This document shows positions 24,931-37,349 of a stretch of 64,000 nt of DNA, in pieces; position 1 is the first letter of the stretch; each line of letters begins with the position of its first letter. Below the pieces are notes generated by a model. It was not told the origin of the DNA and made no database searches. It saw nothing but the letters and a program-made list of their open reading frames with translations. The stretch comes from Schizosaccharomyces osmophilus (taxonomy: Eukaryota), in contig NC_079240.1 of NCBI RefSeq assembly GCF_027921745.1, positions 2,232,001-2,296,000 of the forward strand. Reading direction: 5' to 3'. The position numbers were made by a program, and so were the translations under genes.

Positions 24931-26417
24931 ATGGATCAACACATAAAGGAAAAATGCGCATCTTTGGCATCTTTGGATGCCAAAATCAATTCGTTAACTT
25001 CTCTTCACACAGCTGAATCTATCCAACATGTAATTAAGGATTTGGATCTCAAAAAGAGTCTTCCCTTAGGTGGGAAGTTGATTACTATAAAAGAAAATAT
25101 GTGCACGAAATATTGGACAACTTCAGCTAGTTCTGAAATTTTGCATGGTATGAATATGCACGGAATGAGGTTTTCAAAGGTAATCAAAGGCTAACCAACA
25201 GACTACGTATCTCCTTTTGAAGCTACTTTAGTGGAAAGTCTCGAAAAGAATGGTGGCGTTATAATTGGCAAGACAAATATGGATGAATTTGCAATGGGAA
25301 CGAGTACCCATAATAGTTTGCATGGTCGAACAGCATTCCCACATACTGATAATGAATTATACCAGGTTGGCGGAAGCTCTGGTGGATGTGCCGCATCTGT
25401 TGCTGCTGATTTAGCTTTTGCATCCATTGGTACGGACACAGGAGGTTCAATACGCCTACCTGCTGCATATGTCGGATGCGTCGGTTTCAAACCTTCTTTT
25501 GGAAGGATCTCTCGCTATGGCGTTATTCCATTTGCCCATAGCTTGGATACAGTGGGAATTGTTGCCAAGGACGTTGAAGGAGTACATACAGTGTTTGATG
25601 TGCTGAATCAGCCAGATTCTAAGGATGCTACTTGTTTGACGTTACAGTCACGTAAAACTATTGATGATCACTGTAACAAGTATAAATCTACAGAAAAACC
25701 TGTGGTTGTCGGAGTACCGACGAACTGGAATATCGCCGAAACCCATCCTGAGGTTTTGAGCAAATGGAACGAATTTCTTTCCGTGTTGAAATCACAAGGC
25801 TGTGAAATTCGTGAAATTCAACTACCAAACTCCCTTTACGGTTTAAGCATTTATTCAGCACTGGCTTATGCTGAAGGTGTTACTAATTTGGCTCGGTTTA
25901 GCAACCCCATTTTTGGATCTAGATTACAACAAGGTGAATATCCTGATGATGTGGATCCCCGAACCCATCTTATGGGAGTGGAGGTCCAAAAGCGCTTACT
26001 AATCGGCGCCTATTCTTTATCTTTTGGGTACGTTTTAGGTAGAGATTCTATTCATGCTAACTTTTCTTGTTTAGAAAGGATAATGGTATAAACCAGAAAG
26101 CGCAGCTAATGAGACGAGCTGTTCAAATGGAGTTTAATAGATCTTTTAAAATTCCATCCTTACAGGAGTCAGATCCTTCTGGGGATGTCGACTTTATCGT
26201 TACACCTTCCTTTCTAAAGCCAACTCAACCAATTGGAGCAAGTGCTCCTACAGATTTTTTGTCAGACAGCATGTTAGTGCCTTCAAGTTTAGCGGGTTTA
26301 CCGTCTATTAGTATCCCTTTTGGTAAAATATGCGGTGGACTACCAATGGGAATACAGTTAATTGCTCAGTATGGTGATGATAAATCTCTGCTATCTTTTT
26401 CCAGACGGTTTTCTTAA
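24931..26417 (+). CDS. gta1: Glutamyl-tRNA(Gln) amidotransferase subunit A (GatA/Her2, amidase family), 3 exons (24931-25147, 25202-26027, 26075-26417); start could be the in-frame ATG at 24841
   Basis: Intact Lys-cisSer-Ser triad context (ITIKENMCT, GGSSGG, GTDTGGSIRLPAAY), GKTNMDEFAMG, GFKPSFGRISRYG; canonical introns restore the frame. Confidence 0.9.
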
Positions 26418-27241
26418 TTTATTAAGAAAAGGTTGTTATTTAAAAGAGTATAGAATTTGAGTTATTTTAATTTTTTTAGGATTAATTTCGTTCATTCTGC
26501 ATAATAAGACGGATTTCGGTTTTGATGGGTAAACTTTGGAAGCAAATATCCAGTATTTGGGTTATTAAAACAATTGTGATAGAATCCTATCTTTCATGTT
26601 TACATTGCTAACTTTTTGTTCAAATGCTTACAGCGAACACGAGGTTGGAAAAGGCAATATATAATTTGCAATCATTGTAAGTGAATAAATTATTCTGAAA
26701 TATCACCGTTGGCCTTTCAATACCCGTTCGCAGACGTTTGATTCAAAAAAAAACAAAATGTTTTTACGGCGGATGAACCTTTTCTTTCCAAAATTTGTAC
26801 ATAAAAGCTTGATTACTTCAGATTTTGAATTCCAACAAGACTCGAGGGTAAGTGTCGTCTATTTATTGAGAGTATCGGACAATCACTTCATTGACTGTGA
26901 ATAAATCTAGTAGATAAACTAGTTTCGTGAGATGTACACATCTTATTACATTGTAGATTCAAAACCAAGTACAAAGTATTTCCAAAAAAATCAAATTTAC
27001 AGATTGATTCGTCTCATCTGAGAACAAACAAATGTTTTTTCTAACCATAATACTGGATAAGATATTTATATGCTAAGTTTTCATGTATTTTTTATGTTGT
27101 TCAAATAACATTTCAATGCCAAGCGAGAGATTCATCTGTTAAACTATCAATACCCATGAGGATCATACCTGAGGAATTATATGAATACAGCGTAACGTAA
27201 ACCAAAGACAGGGGCGTAATTCTTTATCATTCCATTAGTAC

Positions 27242-27887
27242 CTAAGGGCTTGAGAATCCGGAAAAAGAATACTCTTCGTCGAAATCCAACACCAAGCCGA
27301 CAGCATAGCAAATTTCCTTTTTAGAGCGATTGTTTCATGTGCACCAATTAATCTTCCATAACCATTCATGTACCGAATACATTCATTTTTAGATAAACGG
27401 TCAATATCCTGAATGCAAGTATTCCTTGGCAAATCAAAATCTGGAGAATTACCGTTTAAGAATGGAACTGGTTCAACTGCATAGCCTCTTACTCTCAAGT
27501 CCTTGTTTTCCATGCGCAAAGAACGCATGTCCATCCCATTTACTTTGTTCGTTGGTAGCTCTAAACTCGTCTGCATAGTAGTCACGCTTCTTTGCAGATG
27601 ATTAATTCCTCCTTAAATTATATCAAACATTCTTCTTCCTTCTTCTTTCTCTCTTTGATACTAGAGTGGAGGTTGCTCTTGACCATCAATTGACATTTCT
27701 GACCTCTCCCATTCATTTACAATTCTTTCGTAGTTCTTCTCTTTCTCAAGCTTTGTTATATCGTTTTCAAGCTCTCGTCTTCTGGTGATGTCAAGCTCCT
27801 TAAAAAACCTTTTCTCTCCTTTGATGATGGTTCAGTCGGTACTGCGACATTTAAATCATTAGAAAACGTTTCAGTCAGTTCGTTCAT
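27242..27887 (-). pseudogene. mug2/mug135/meu2-family (DUF1773) pseudogene
   Basis: C-terminal motif VPFLNG..P..DLP....QDIDRLSKNECIRYMNGY...ETIALK. From ATG 27887 there is a frameshift near 27800, two in-frame stops (TAG ~27661, TAA ~27614) and a frameshift near 27315 before the expected ..YAVGLVLDFDEEYSFSGFSSP* ending. Confidence 0.75.
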
Positions 27888-28167
27888 AATAATAGGCATG
27901 CTTCTATGACTGATGCTGGTAGAGGACAGTTTGACATTGCATACGAAACTATAGAAATATACGTTAAGGCAAAATACTCTGTAGAATACGACAATGTAAG
28001 TAGAATCCGATGATTATTGCCTTTGGCGTTAAAAGAAGTAGTTGTCAATCCGTTACTAATCTCTGAAGAGAGACATATGTATAGTGACAGCCTGGGAAGC
28101 TAATGAATACGTGCGAAACAAGTATACTAGCTTAATAGCAAAATCTTCTGGAAACAGCTGGCATTTA

Positions 28168-28270
28168 TATATTAATGTAAATCGCATAAATAATAAAAGT
28201 CATTGTAATGAAATACTCTGAGAACAGAATAATCTATTGTTTCTTTATTTATGCGATTTACAATAATATA
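28168..28270. repeat. 26-bp inverted repeat (25/26 match) with 51-bp spacer
   Basis: TATATTAATGTAAATCGCATAAATAA (28168-28193) versus TTATTTATGCGATTTACAATAATATA (28245-28270). Confidence 0.9.
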
Positions 28271-30696
28271 CCAGATAGTATCATCATTGTAGAATAATTG
28301 AAAGCAATATTGGAGATTCAGATTCCTTTGACAAACTTGTACTCTGTCATCGTTTGTAACTGCTATTCACTTTCTTTCGTAATATTGGTAATGTCATTGT
28401 CGACAATTATATTACTTGTACTTGTGCAGTTAGCTCCAGCAGACACACTATTTCTCAATTTATTGTGAGCTACCAGAGTTCTATTCTGGGGCGGCGATCG
28501 ACATTACAGGTGATGAAGGAATATGGGTTACAGATGCAGAATCTGTGAGGACTGATTCCTTCTATTTCCTATCTAGTCAAGCTAGCAGGAGCATGGAAGC
28601 AGAAACAAACTTCTGTAAGTTGCTTTACGGGACGCATTACAGGACTTGTCACGTTGACATGGAGCTAGCCCAGGCTCAAATCAGTAAGACAGTCCCTTAA
28701 GACGCGCAGGCGGTGAACTATCGAGAGTAGGAATCATAGAGCAAAGAGATTTTTCAACCAGTGGGCTGGAGAAACACACAGCAGTCAAGATGACCATGCG
28801 ACAAACACGAGCGACCACCAACAATTGGTAAAGTACATCAGACAGCATGGAAACGTGGCACAAATGAAGAGTCATTCGCGTTCCAACTGTAAAGATGACT
28901 GTTACGCTTCTTGGGGCAGATTCTTTCCATTACGAAAAGCATGGGCAGATTGAGCACTACGAAGAAATATGTGCGAACAACTCTTCTGATACTGCTGGAT
29001 ACCAATGATGGAACTGTAAGGTATATGGAACACATCTTGATGGCATCATACAGGACATCTGCCTAAAAAACAGACCAGTAGGGTGCAGGTAGTATTAGTA
29101 GTTGGCGGGATGACTACGTTAATCTGCCTCGAGTGAATTGAGCTTGGCAAACAACAAAAAGGTTTTCTCATGAACGTTGAGACAGAGAATGAGATAAGTG
29201 AAAACCCATCTTGTAATCTGGAATCATAAATGAAAGCCTTTAGTAATAAGATGGAGTGGAATGATGAAGAGAGAATAGCAAGACAAATGAGTCAGAGATG
29301 GAATTTGATGACGATTATATACTGGAAGCATCGATGGGCATAGCAGAACTTGTATTTCAAGCATATGGATAAAGGGTCGAGTTATACTTACAACCGATAT
29401 CTACACTCATTTCGCGAGTCAATGAACTAGCAGAACTATTATTGAAGACCCTTATACAGAAAGTTCAAGGTTTTATTAAATGCTTACTCAAAGTTTTTTT
29501 TGATGAACACACATGAAAATTCTCTTGCTTTACTCCTATTCTCTGATTATTTTTTCAATAACAAATTAAAGAAATTCTAATTATCAGAAACTCTATAACG
29601 TTTTTGAACAAGTCTATCTCTCAACGAAAGGAAAAATAATGGTTCATTCCTATGCCGACGGAAATTCATGAATATAGAAAACAGCCTTCTCAAAAGCGTG
29701 AAAGAAATTTGAAAGGCTACCGGCTATTATCGGCAATCAGAAGTTCACGACATCCTTCTTATTATGTCGCCTCTCCAACATAGAGCAATTCTGGGTTGGC
29801 CTCTCCTGCAGAAATCCAAACGCTCGATTTTGTCTCGAGAACAAGATCTTCTGAACAAAATAATTTGAAACATATCTTATTAGAAAATATACATGTATCT
29901 GTAAGGCATAACACTCACAAAGCGATTGCCAAGAGGGACCTTATTCAAAATAATTTTACGATAATACTATAGTGTATTAAACTATATTACGACATGAACA
30001 AAGAAGCAGACGCAGGAAGAAAATTCCATAAACAAATAACTACTATTCATCATTTAGGTTAGTTGTTGGCTTGTCTACCAATTTAAAATCATTTACAAGT
30101 GCAAATGGTCCCGAACGAACTCTTCCTAACCAAAAGTTTGATTGATGACGAGACGACTTGTTCAAATACTTCTTTACCAGTATAACCAGAGACGTTATTA
30201 CAGTTATTTGATAGCCAATGTCAATCAACTGTTCTAAAGCTTGAGGCCATTCAAGCAATATGATTCCACTTGTATTTTTGTGCTATGTAACTTTGTTCGC
30301 CATGACAAAATCGAATTATTCGGCGACGAAAGATGTTTCATCAATCAGCGAATCGCTCGGTTTTCAGCCTGGCTTTTTGAAATTGTTGTAGCTTTTTATT
30401 CACATGCTTTCAAGCCGGTTGAATAAGAAGGCTACTCAACTCATTCTACTTATACCGGTATCCACATTCTTCAAGTTCTGTTTATCCAAGTAATAGTATA
30501 AGATTATAGCCTCTATTGAATGATATTTATCATAATTATTAGCTCGTAATCCGTTCTCTTATATATCCTCTTAACAAACTTTTATCATACAAAGGTATAA
30601 GGCATTTCGTTCCGTCTTCCTATCCTTTTATACCTAGTGGATTTGCTCCCAGCAGACGGGTTCACCATCCCCCTCTCTCCTTTTAGTCCATTCGGA

Positions 30697-31162
30697 ATGA
30701 TAGGTTCTCTCAACATGAAGGTAAGAATATTGACGCATCAGTTGTTGGGCTTCAAAGGAAGCTAACAAAAGCAGACTTTGCGCTGGTCAGCTTTGGCTGC
30801 TGGTTTAGGCATTGGTTGGTTTGAGTATCGAAGCCATGCCAAATGTGAAAAGCAGCATGCAATTGAGCATCAATATCATCAACAGCAACTTTTGATTGAG
30901 GACGCCAAGGCAGCTTATGCTCGTAGCAAGCAGCCCGTACGACCTCCAACAGGTAAGATGAAACAAGGTGAGCCCGACATAACGATCTCTAAGAAAGTGA
31001 AAAGCGTCTGATTCCGTTGGCTGTCTTTTTGTCTTTCTATTTTCTTTATGGCTCACCGATTTGCTTGTATCTGTATACTAATTTCAATCATTAGAGAGTC
31101 CATTGACTTTGGATGAAGATAACGTGGAAGCCTATTTAACTCAACTTGAAAAAAGCGCTTAA
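30697..31162 (+). CDS. tim11: Mitochondrial ATP synthase subunit e, 3 exons (30697-30720, 30775-30952, 31095-31162)
   Basis: LRWSALAAGLGIG transmembrane GxxxG segment, LIEDAKAAY coiled coil; GTAAGA..AG introns in frame. Confidence 0.88.
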
Positions 31163-31449
31163 GTGGACCTAAACTTCTGTCAAAAGAGTCGTCGTTTTCT
31201 ATACAAAAGTCCTTCAAACAAACAGTAGTGTCATGACTAAATCAATTTCCATTTTGTACATGCCGTGTTCTTGTTTATAAAATTCACCAAAGCGTTGGAA
31301 AGTCAACTAGTTTCACAGTGGTTGAAAACAGCAAATCCCATTAACCACTTTTCATGTTGAAACATCTAAATTATTATTAAACACTGTATTAAGAAACCAC
31401 GCAAAATTAAATTCTAGATCACATAATTACACCATAAACGTCTTCTACC

Positions 31450-34113
31450 TTAATCTTTCATGTCTTGACTGGCATTGGTTGTACTTTCCTTCCTTCGACG
31501 ACGCTCTGAAATAACGCTCAACCCAGGAAAGAAGGGTGCATGGTCCGGTCCTTCATGAGCTGACTTTCTACTGGCAATCGTTGCATCGTTCGTATTGGGC
31601 GAACTTGAAAGTTCCTCAGCTGCAGTTAACTTGTCGTATTTCCGGATCAAATCGCCCAAGTCATGGTGAGAAGAATTGGGAGTAGGTTGAACATGTTTAT
31701 TCACAAGTGCGATCTCTTGACTGAGTGTCAAGGCACGATATGCAAGACGAATTATAGGAACATTTGTGTGATCAATATCTTGCATATCAGGTCCTAACCA
31801 ACGACTCTTTATCTGACGCTCGAACCCAGATTGCAAGACACTGTTTCTTGCCAACTCGCACATATCCACATTCGAAAGCTTGTAAATCTGGGCTGCGACT
31901 GCATACTCCTCAATTAAGGGCTCTCTCGTGAATGCAAACTGAAGTGGGTCGTCTGTCGAGAGACTTACGTTTAAACCGCGTTTGAAATAAGAGATAAAAG
32001 GATTCTTATCGTAGGCCAAAAATAAGGCATTGTTGGAAAGGGGAGACATAGCAATTGGGATTTGATCCAAATACCATAGATATTGTAAGAAAGGAACCTT
32101 CCGCAATAAAATTCCATGAGCAATACCTTGACTAAGCAAAAATGCACTAGCCAAATGATCGGTGTCGCCTGCTTCACCACAGTGAGGGCGTAAAACAAAT
32201 GTGTTGAATCCTCTCATTTTTCTCCAAGCGTTCAAGCTTGTCATATTTGCATACATATAGTATAGCCAATAGCTATAAGGGGGATTCAAACCAATATTCC
32301 ACTGAGCTGGTAATGGGAACTTACGATACGTTCTACGCTCTGGCTTACTTTCATCGTCGACAGAATCAAAACCAACTACGCGTTGAAGGAAAGCATGTAA
32401 CTTGGGATGGCTAGATGGATCTTTGGTAACTTCAAACAGAGGCTCAAAAATATTTCTGACAACCTCTTCAAAATTGCGGACGATACCAGATTTCTTGTAA
32501 ATATCATATAAGCGAGGAACTTGAATTAACCATCTCGCGTTAGCGCTGTAAAGCTTGTTATCAATAATCCAAGCCGCAAGCTTATCCCACTCCTCCTTGT
32601 TGCGTCCGTAAATTGAAATACGATATTCTGCCATTTGGTATTTTTGTGTACAAAGGTCAGCAAAGACTTCCTTTGTCAATTCAGCAAGATAACGACCTTC
32701 AATATCGTTGTCCGTTTTTAAGAAGATAGTACGCAAGCGGGATTCGCCTATGGGATTGTATTTTAAATTAAATTTGTCAAAACGGTGGAAAGTATCAGCG
32801 TGAGCATGCATATCAAGAGTGTCAATGCTCAAATCATAGGAAGTCAATTTGAGTGAATCAAATACCTCTTGTAGAGTTAAGAACTTTCCGTCACGCCAAA
32901 TAACCTTTTCATCGGGGCTTTTGCGGAGTTTGGCTTTAATGAATCGTAACAAGTGCTTCTGATTAGCGAGGGCGGAATGATGAACGTGTGTATCCACCTT
33001 ACGAACGTTGTAAAAGTCACGATGAGGTACCTTCTTGGAATCCGCGAGTTCCTGATATTCATTCAAAAGTATGTACATATTCCAACGACCCTCCAGATAT
33101 TGCAGTCTCCGAAATGAGAAAGACTTACTGGGACCATCCGAGGATGCTGAAAGAAGAAAATCCAAATCCATATAATAATCACGAATGGTTGGCACATGAA
33201 ATGAAGGAGTATTGGCCAAGTAAGCACTTTCATTTTCGTACACTTGATAAATACCCTGATGGTCGAGATGGAACATCATCTCGTTGTCAACCCCTGGAAT
33301 CTCACATTTTTCAAAGCAAAATTCTTCTTCCTCCTCACCTTCTTTTGCAGAAGGATATATATTCCAAGACTCGTCATCTCTTGGGTTATCTGACTCTCCT
33401 TGCAAACTAATGCGAAGATATTTATGGCGCATGTCCATGCATTTGTGAACAGACATGTAAATTTCAGCTAATTCATCTGAAAATAAAGGATCATTGGTTT
33501 CCATATTGCCGGGATCTAACTCAGGGCCTCCAGCGTTGGAAACAACAGTACTATTGCCGCTTTGTATATGTGGCATATGAATACTGTCAACTTTCTCCTG
33601 AAGTTTGGGGTTTAGTAATTTCGAGGAATCGGGGCCCGTCTTAGAGTTTTTTATATCCTCTTGGTTGATTTGAGTGGCATCCGTCTCGTTCGTCGGTCTA
33701 CGAGAAGGTTGGGAACTCGAAAAGCTTCCACGATTTCCCTGAGAGCTATTCATAGCCAAAAACTTGGCATCTTGCTGAACAGATTTTATGTTAGTCAGTG
33801 TCGCTTGTGAAAGTATTTACGCCTAAGAAATCTAAAAGCAGCATCTTTACTTGTATCTTCTTTTTAGGCAGACACCTAGCACCAATTTCTTTTACAATTG
33901 CTTCAAATTTCCAGACGAAACATTCCATACCTGTCTTAAAGAGCGCTCAAAGGCATAATCAAAATAAGGAGTGTCCAAGCTAGACACTCCTGGATCTAAG
34001 TCGCCCTCTCCTTCATCGTCTATCACTCCTGGTTTGCCTATACTATGCCTTAAAGCTTGTTGATGAATTGAATCAGCGCTTTGATTTTCGTCCTGGTTGG
34101 GTTGCGGGGTCAT
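31450..34113 (-). CDS. ada1: AMP deaminase, 2 coding exons (34113-33931, 33774-31450)
   Basis: KVDTHVHHSA, LRPHCGEAG and SLSTDDPLQF motifs; intron GTATGG..GACTAAC..CAG joins TPYFDYAFERSLRQ to QDAKFLAMN. Confidence 0.96.
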
Positions 34114-34789
34114 TAAATCCTTTTCTTCCTAAAAAACCAAGGGTAAGCAGCCTCTATTAATGGCTATTTCTACCAGAAAATGATTCTTTTACCTTTTGGT
34201 AGAAACCAGAATTTTTGCACCCAAGTAGGTTCTGGTGTCTGAAAATTAAAGATGTGGAAGAGTATCCTTATTGGGTATAAGGACGTCTTGTGAAATGCAA
34301 GGAGAATATACAAATCTTGAAGTGAAGAAAGAAAAAAAAAATCGTTTTAAGAATTCGTATAGCTTCATACATGGTGTAATTTTATTTACTAAGAGTATAT
34401 TGGTTGAGTGTGCTACTTATTATGTGCACAGCGTCTGAATGTATAATTCCATGTTGTTTCAATAAGCTTGCTAGGAGTAGAAGAGAACACGGAACAGTTT
34501 ACACGAAAAAGTGTATTCCTTTTCGAGACAAATTTCAACATTACAAACGTCTTAGTATTGAGAAGGGAAAAACTGTATCGCGAATTTGGTAAAGGTGAAA
34601 TTTCTCTGCATCTGCATCCATCAGGACAGAGCAGACCTTTCCAATGGCACATAGAAGAGAGGAATTAAGAATTTATTCAGTCATCGATATTTTAAAAGAG
34701 TATACGAATCCATATCAGTCATTATCAGAAAAAAGACATAAGCAAGGAAACTTTCAATAATTCAAAAGCTGACGAGGGTGTATTTAAGC

Positions 34790-35857
34790 TCATTTTACCA
34801 AAGCGCGGGACAAATGTTTGGTTTTATGGAAAAAGGAAAACATGACATCCAACACGCAAGTAGGAAGAAAACGAGAGAGATGAATTAAAAAAAAGGTACG
34901 ACTCCCAACATGACGGTTAGGAGTACTCCAAAAATCAAGTAAGCAATCAAAAATTTTGTTTAGCACTTTACGTTCGGTGCAAACAGTTGGTGGGTACTTG
35001 CCAGCTGCAGGAGAACCAGAATGATCATAGTTCAAAAAGCTGAGATTACCAAGCTTTATGCAGACAACACGAAGGCCGCTTTCTCTTTTCAAGATGTGCA
35101 AAAAGGTTTCAATAGAAGAAGAGAGGATAGAAGGAATGGCGTAGTTGGGAGGTTCATAAGCAGAAAGAATTCCATGGGATAATCCGATGATTCTGGATTT
35201 TTGATCCTTTAGCACGGGAATTAGACGAGAAACATTGGCGAATGATTCGCCGAGTTGTTGGAACGCATGGAACCAAGAATCTTTACTAATATCTTCAATG
35301 GGCGTATACAAGGAATCTCCAGTAGGAACAAGCACAAGGCCACGAAGACGAAGAGCGTATTCTGTTGGACCCTTTTGATTCGAAAAAGAAGATAGAAATC
35401 GCTCAACGGCTTCGTTTTGTGTCACTATCAACGATTGAATGTAAGGGCGCTGTTGCAAAGAGACGGTAGCAGCCTCGGAAGCATTACGAACCAAAACTAC
35501 GACGATAAAACCCCGACGATCCAAATCGTGGGCGACAATGGAGGCTAAAGAGTTCCATGCTGACAGCACTACCACCTGGGTTTTCTGATGATTGGGAGCA
35601 CGGGGTGCTCGACGCTTTTTTACATAATCGTAGCGCTTGTAATAGGAGAGACCAGCAAGGGAAATAGCAGCAGAACCCAGACCAATGGTAGCTCGATTAC
35701 GATTTATGAGGGAAACAAGCCGATTCCCTACAGATTGAACGGGTGGAGCCGCAGGTGTATTGGAAGAAGCGCCCTTTTCGTGCAAAAAGTCAAGCACATG
35801 CAGACTAAAGTCTTTGACATTGCCAAACAAGTCAGCCGCCCAACGTTCAGGATTCAT
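34790..35857 (-). CDS. DUF1776-family Rossmann-like fungal protein
   Basis: 355-aa ORF with KRRAPRAPN..KTQVVVL...VAHDLDRRGFIV motif and an N-terminal hydrophobic segment; syntenic with S. pombe SPBC106.03 (recalled). Confidence 0.8.
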   Translation of the reverse strand: MNPERWAADLFGNVKDFSLHVLDFLHEKGASSNTPAAPPVQSVGNRLVSLINRNRATIGLGSAAISLAGLSYYKRYDYVKKRRAPRAPNHQKTQVVVLSAWNSLASIVAHDLDRRGFIVVVLVRNASEAATVSLQQRPYIQSLIVTQNEAVERFLSSFSNQKGPTEYALRLRGLVLVPTGDSLYTPIEDISKDSWFHAFQQLGESFANVSRLIPVLKDQKSRIIGLSHGILSAYEPPNYAIPSILSSSIETFLHILKRESGLRVVCIKLGNLSFLNYDHSGSPAAGKYPPTVCTERKVLNKIFDCLLDFWSTPNRHVGSRTFFLIHLSRFLPTCVLDVMFSFFHKTKHLSRALVK

Positions 35858-36306
35858 TATCTAAAAACAAATGAAATAACTAGAAAATAACAAAAATTTG
35901 CTACAAAAATAAATGGAAAAGGTCAAAAAGTTATTCCAATTCTGTATTTGTGACTCTGTGGTGGATGCGGTAATACAGAACGAGAAGTGATTCCAAACGA
36001 CGAAACTTCACAGGAATTAATTGCAAACAAATACTTGGGTTACAAGAATGAAAACGAGTAGCTCGTACTGGAATAAAATGGGTGAAATTGGCAGATTATA
36101 AAAGCTTGCCTCAGATTAGCACTGTTCACAATTGTTGGTAGTGGAATCAATCCGTTTTCATGATGTTGGCATCGACGTGGGTATGTGATTCGTCTGTTCC
36201 GGTAAATTAGGAGAGATGGAAGAATAGGTTTGTTTATTTTTTGTTTTATTTTTTGTTTTTCTTTCTCGCTTCGATGCCCAGAATGTTCAGGAACGAAACG
36301 CCAGAA

Positions 36307-36346
36307 AGAGAGAGAGAGAGAGACAGAGAGACAGAGAAAGAGAGAG
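36307..36346. repeat. Imperfect (GA)n microsatellite
   Basis: AGAGAGAGAGAGAGACAGAGAGACAGAGAAAGAGAGAG visible directly. Confidence 0.85.
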
Positions 36347-37176
36347 GGAAGAATTCAGTGTTAGCTAGCAGTGATACTCTACAGCAGATCAATCCTTTTG
36401 GACTTTCATTTGCTCTTTTAGCTGGTCTCGATGAATTTATATTGAATTGACCGTGGTGATTGGTCTTTTCTACGGGTTGCTTTTACCAAGAAGCTTAATA
36501 AAACAAATGTTCTATGTAATATAGACCTTACTTTAAATAGACACTGTCTTACTCCCTGTCTCTGGTTGGATCAAGGAATTGTGGACACGTTTCCATATCC
36601 GACAAATGCATAGTACAGTGTTTTCAGAATTCAGATGAAGACGAAGAAAACAAACAAGTTATGATAAACCATCCATCTTCTACGAACTCCTTGATATCTT
36701 TTTCTCGACGACAAACAGATGGCGATTCCCAGCTTAAGGCTTTTTTTATAAGCATCCATCGCTTCATATCTCACATCGAATGCACTGGACTAAAAACAGT
36801 TCTAAGGAATATGATTTCCGGATGAAATGGGAATAACCAATCGAATGCAATTTCATGTCTTTGCATATTTGCCCTGCTACCTGGTCATCACTCCCATGGC
36901 ATCACCAGTCCTTCCAAAAATTGACTTTTCCCTACTCGATCCGGAGGCTTGTCTGTCTAGAATGCTTCTGGAAACTCGGCATTCTCTGTGTTCAACAGCT
37001 CGAAACAACCAATTTCGTTTCTTTTTTTTGCATCGAAATCTGCCATTCTTGCTTCCATAAAAAACCATACATAACGAGTTAGAACGTATTGCTTAATAAA
37101 CGCTCTACAACATTACCTAATATGGTTCGTTTGCTGACATACAATGTGTCTGGCCATACCATCTGGCAAAGAAAAA

Positions 37177-37185
37177 ATGACGTCA
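37177..37185. promoter_or_regulatory. CRE / Atf1-Pcr1 site (ATGACGTCA) in the srx1 promoter
   Basis: Perfect palindrome TGACGTCA about 165 bp upstream of the srx1 ATG; sulfiredoxin is an oxidative-stress induced gene. Confidence 0.7.
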
Positions 37186-37349
37186 CTGTACTTCTTAAAG
37201 GGAGTTAAAAGGCTTCGGATTTCATCCCCACATTTCTACGACAGATAATAGAACCATCTGATAATTTAGCGTTGATCCGTTAGAAGTCACAAGTAAACAA
37301 ACAATACCTTGCTTTCAATAAAAGCATATACGAAAGAAAACCGATTAGC

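Noticed and set aside
30043..30426. Short ORFs upstream of tim11
   Set aside because: TTG starts, stops in all extensions, no recognisable motif.
26420..30600. Retrotransposon LTR, 5S rDNA or wtf gene in the insert
   Set aside because: I saw no TG..CA LTR with target duplication, no 5S sequence and no multi-exon transmembrane wtf structure.
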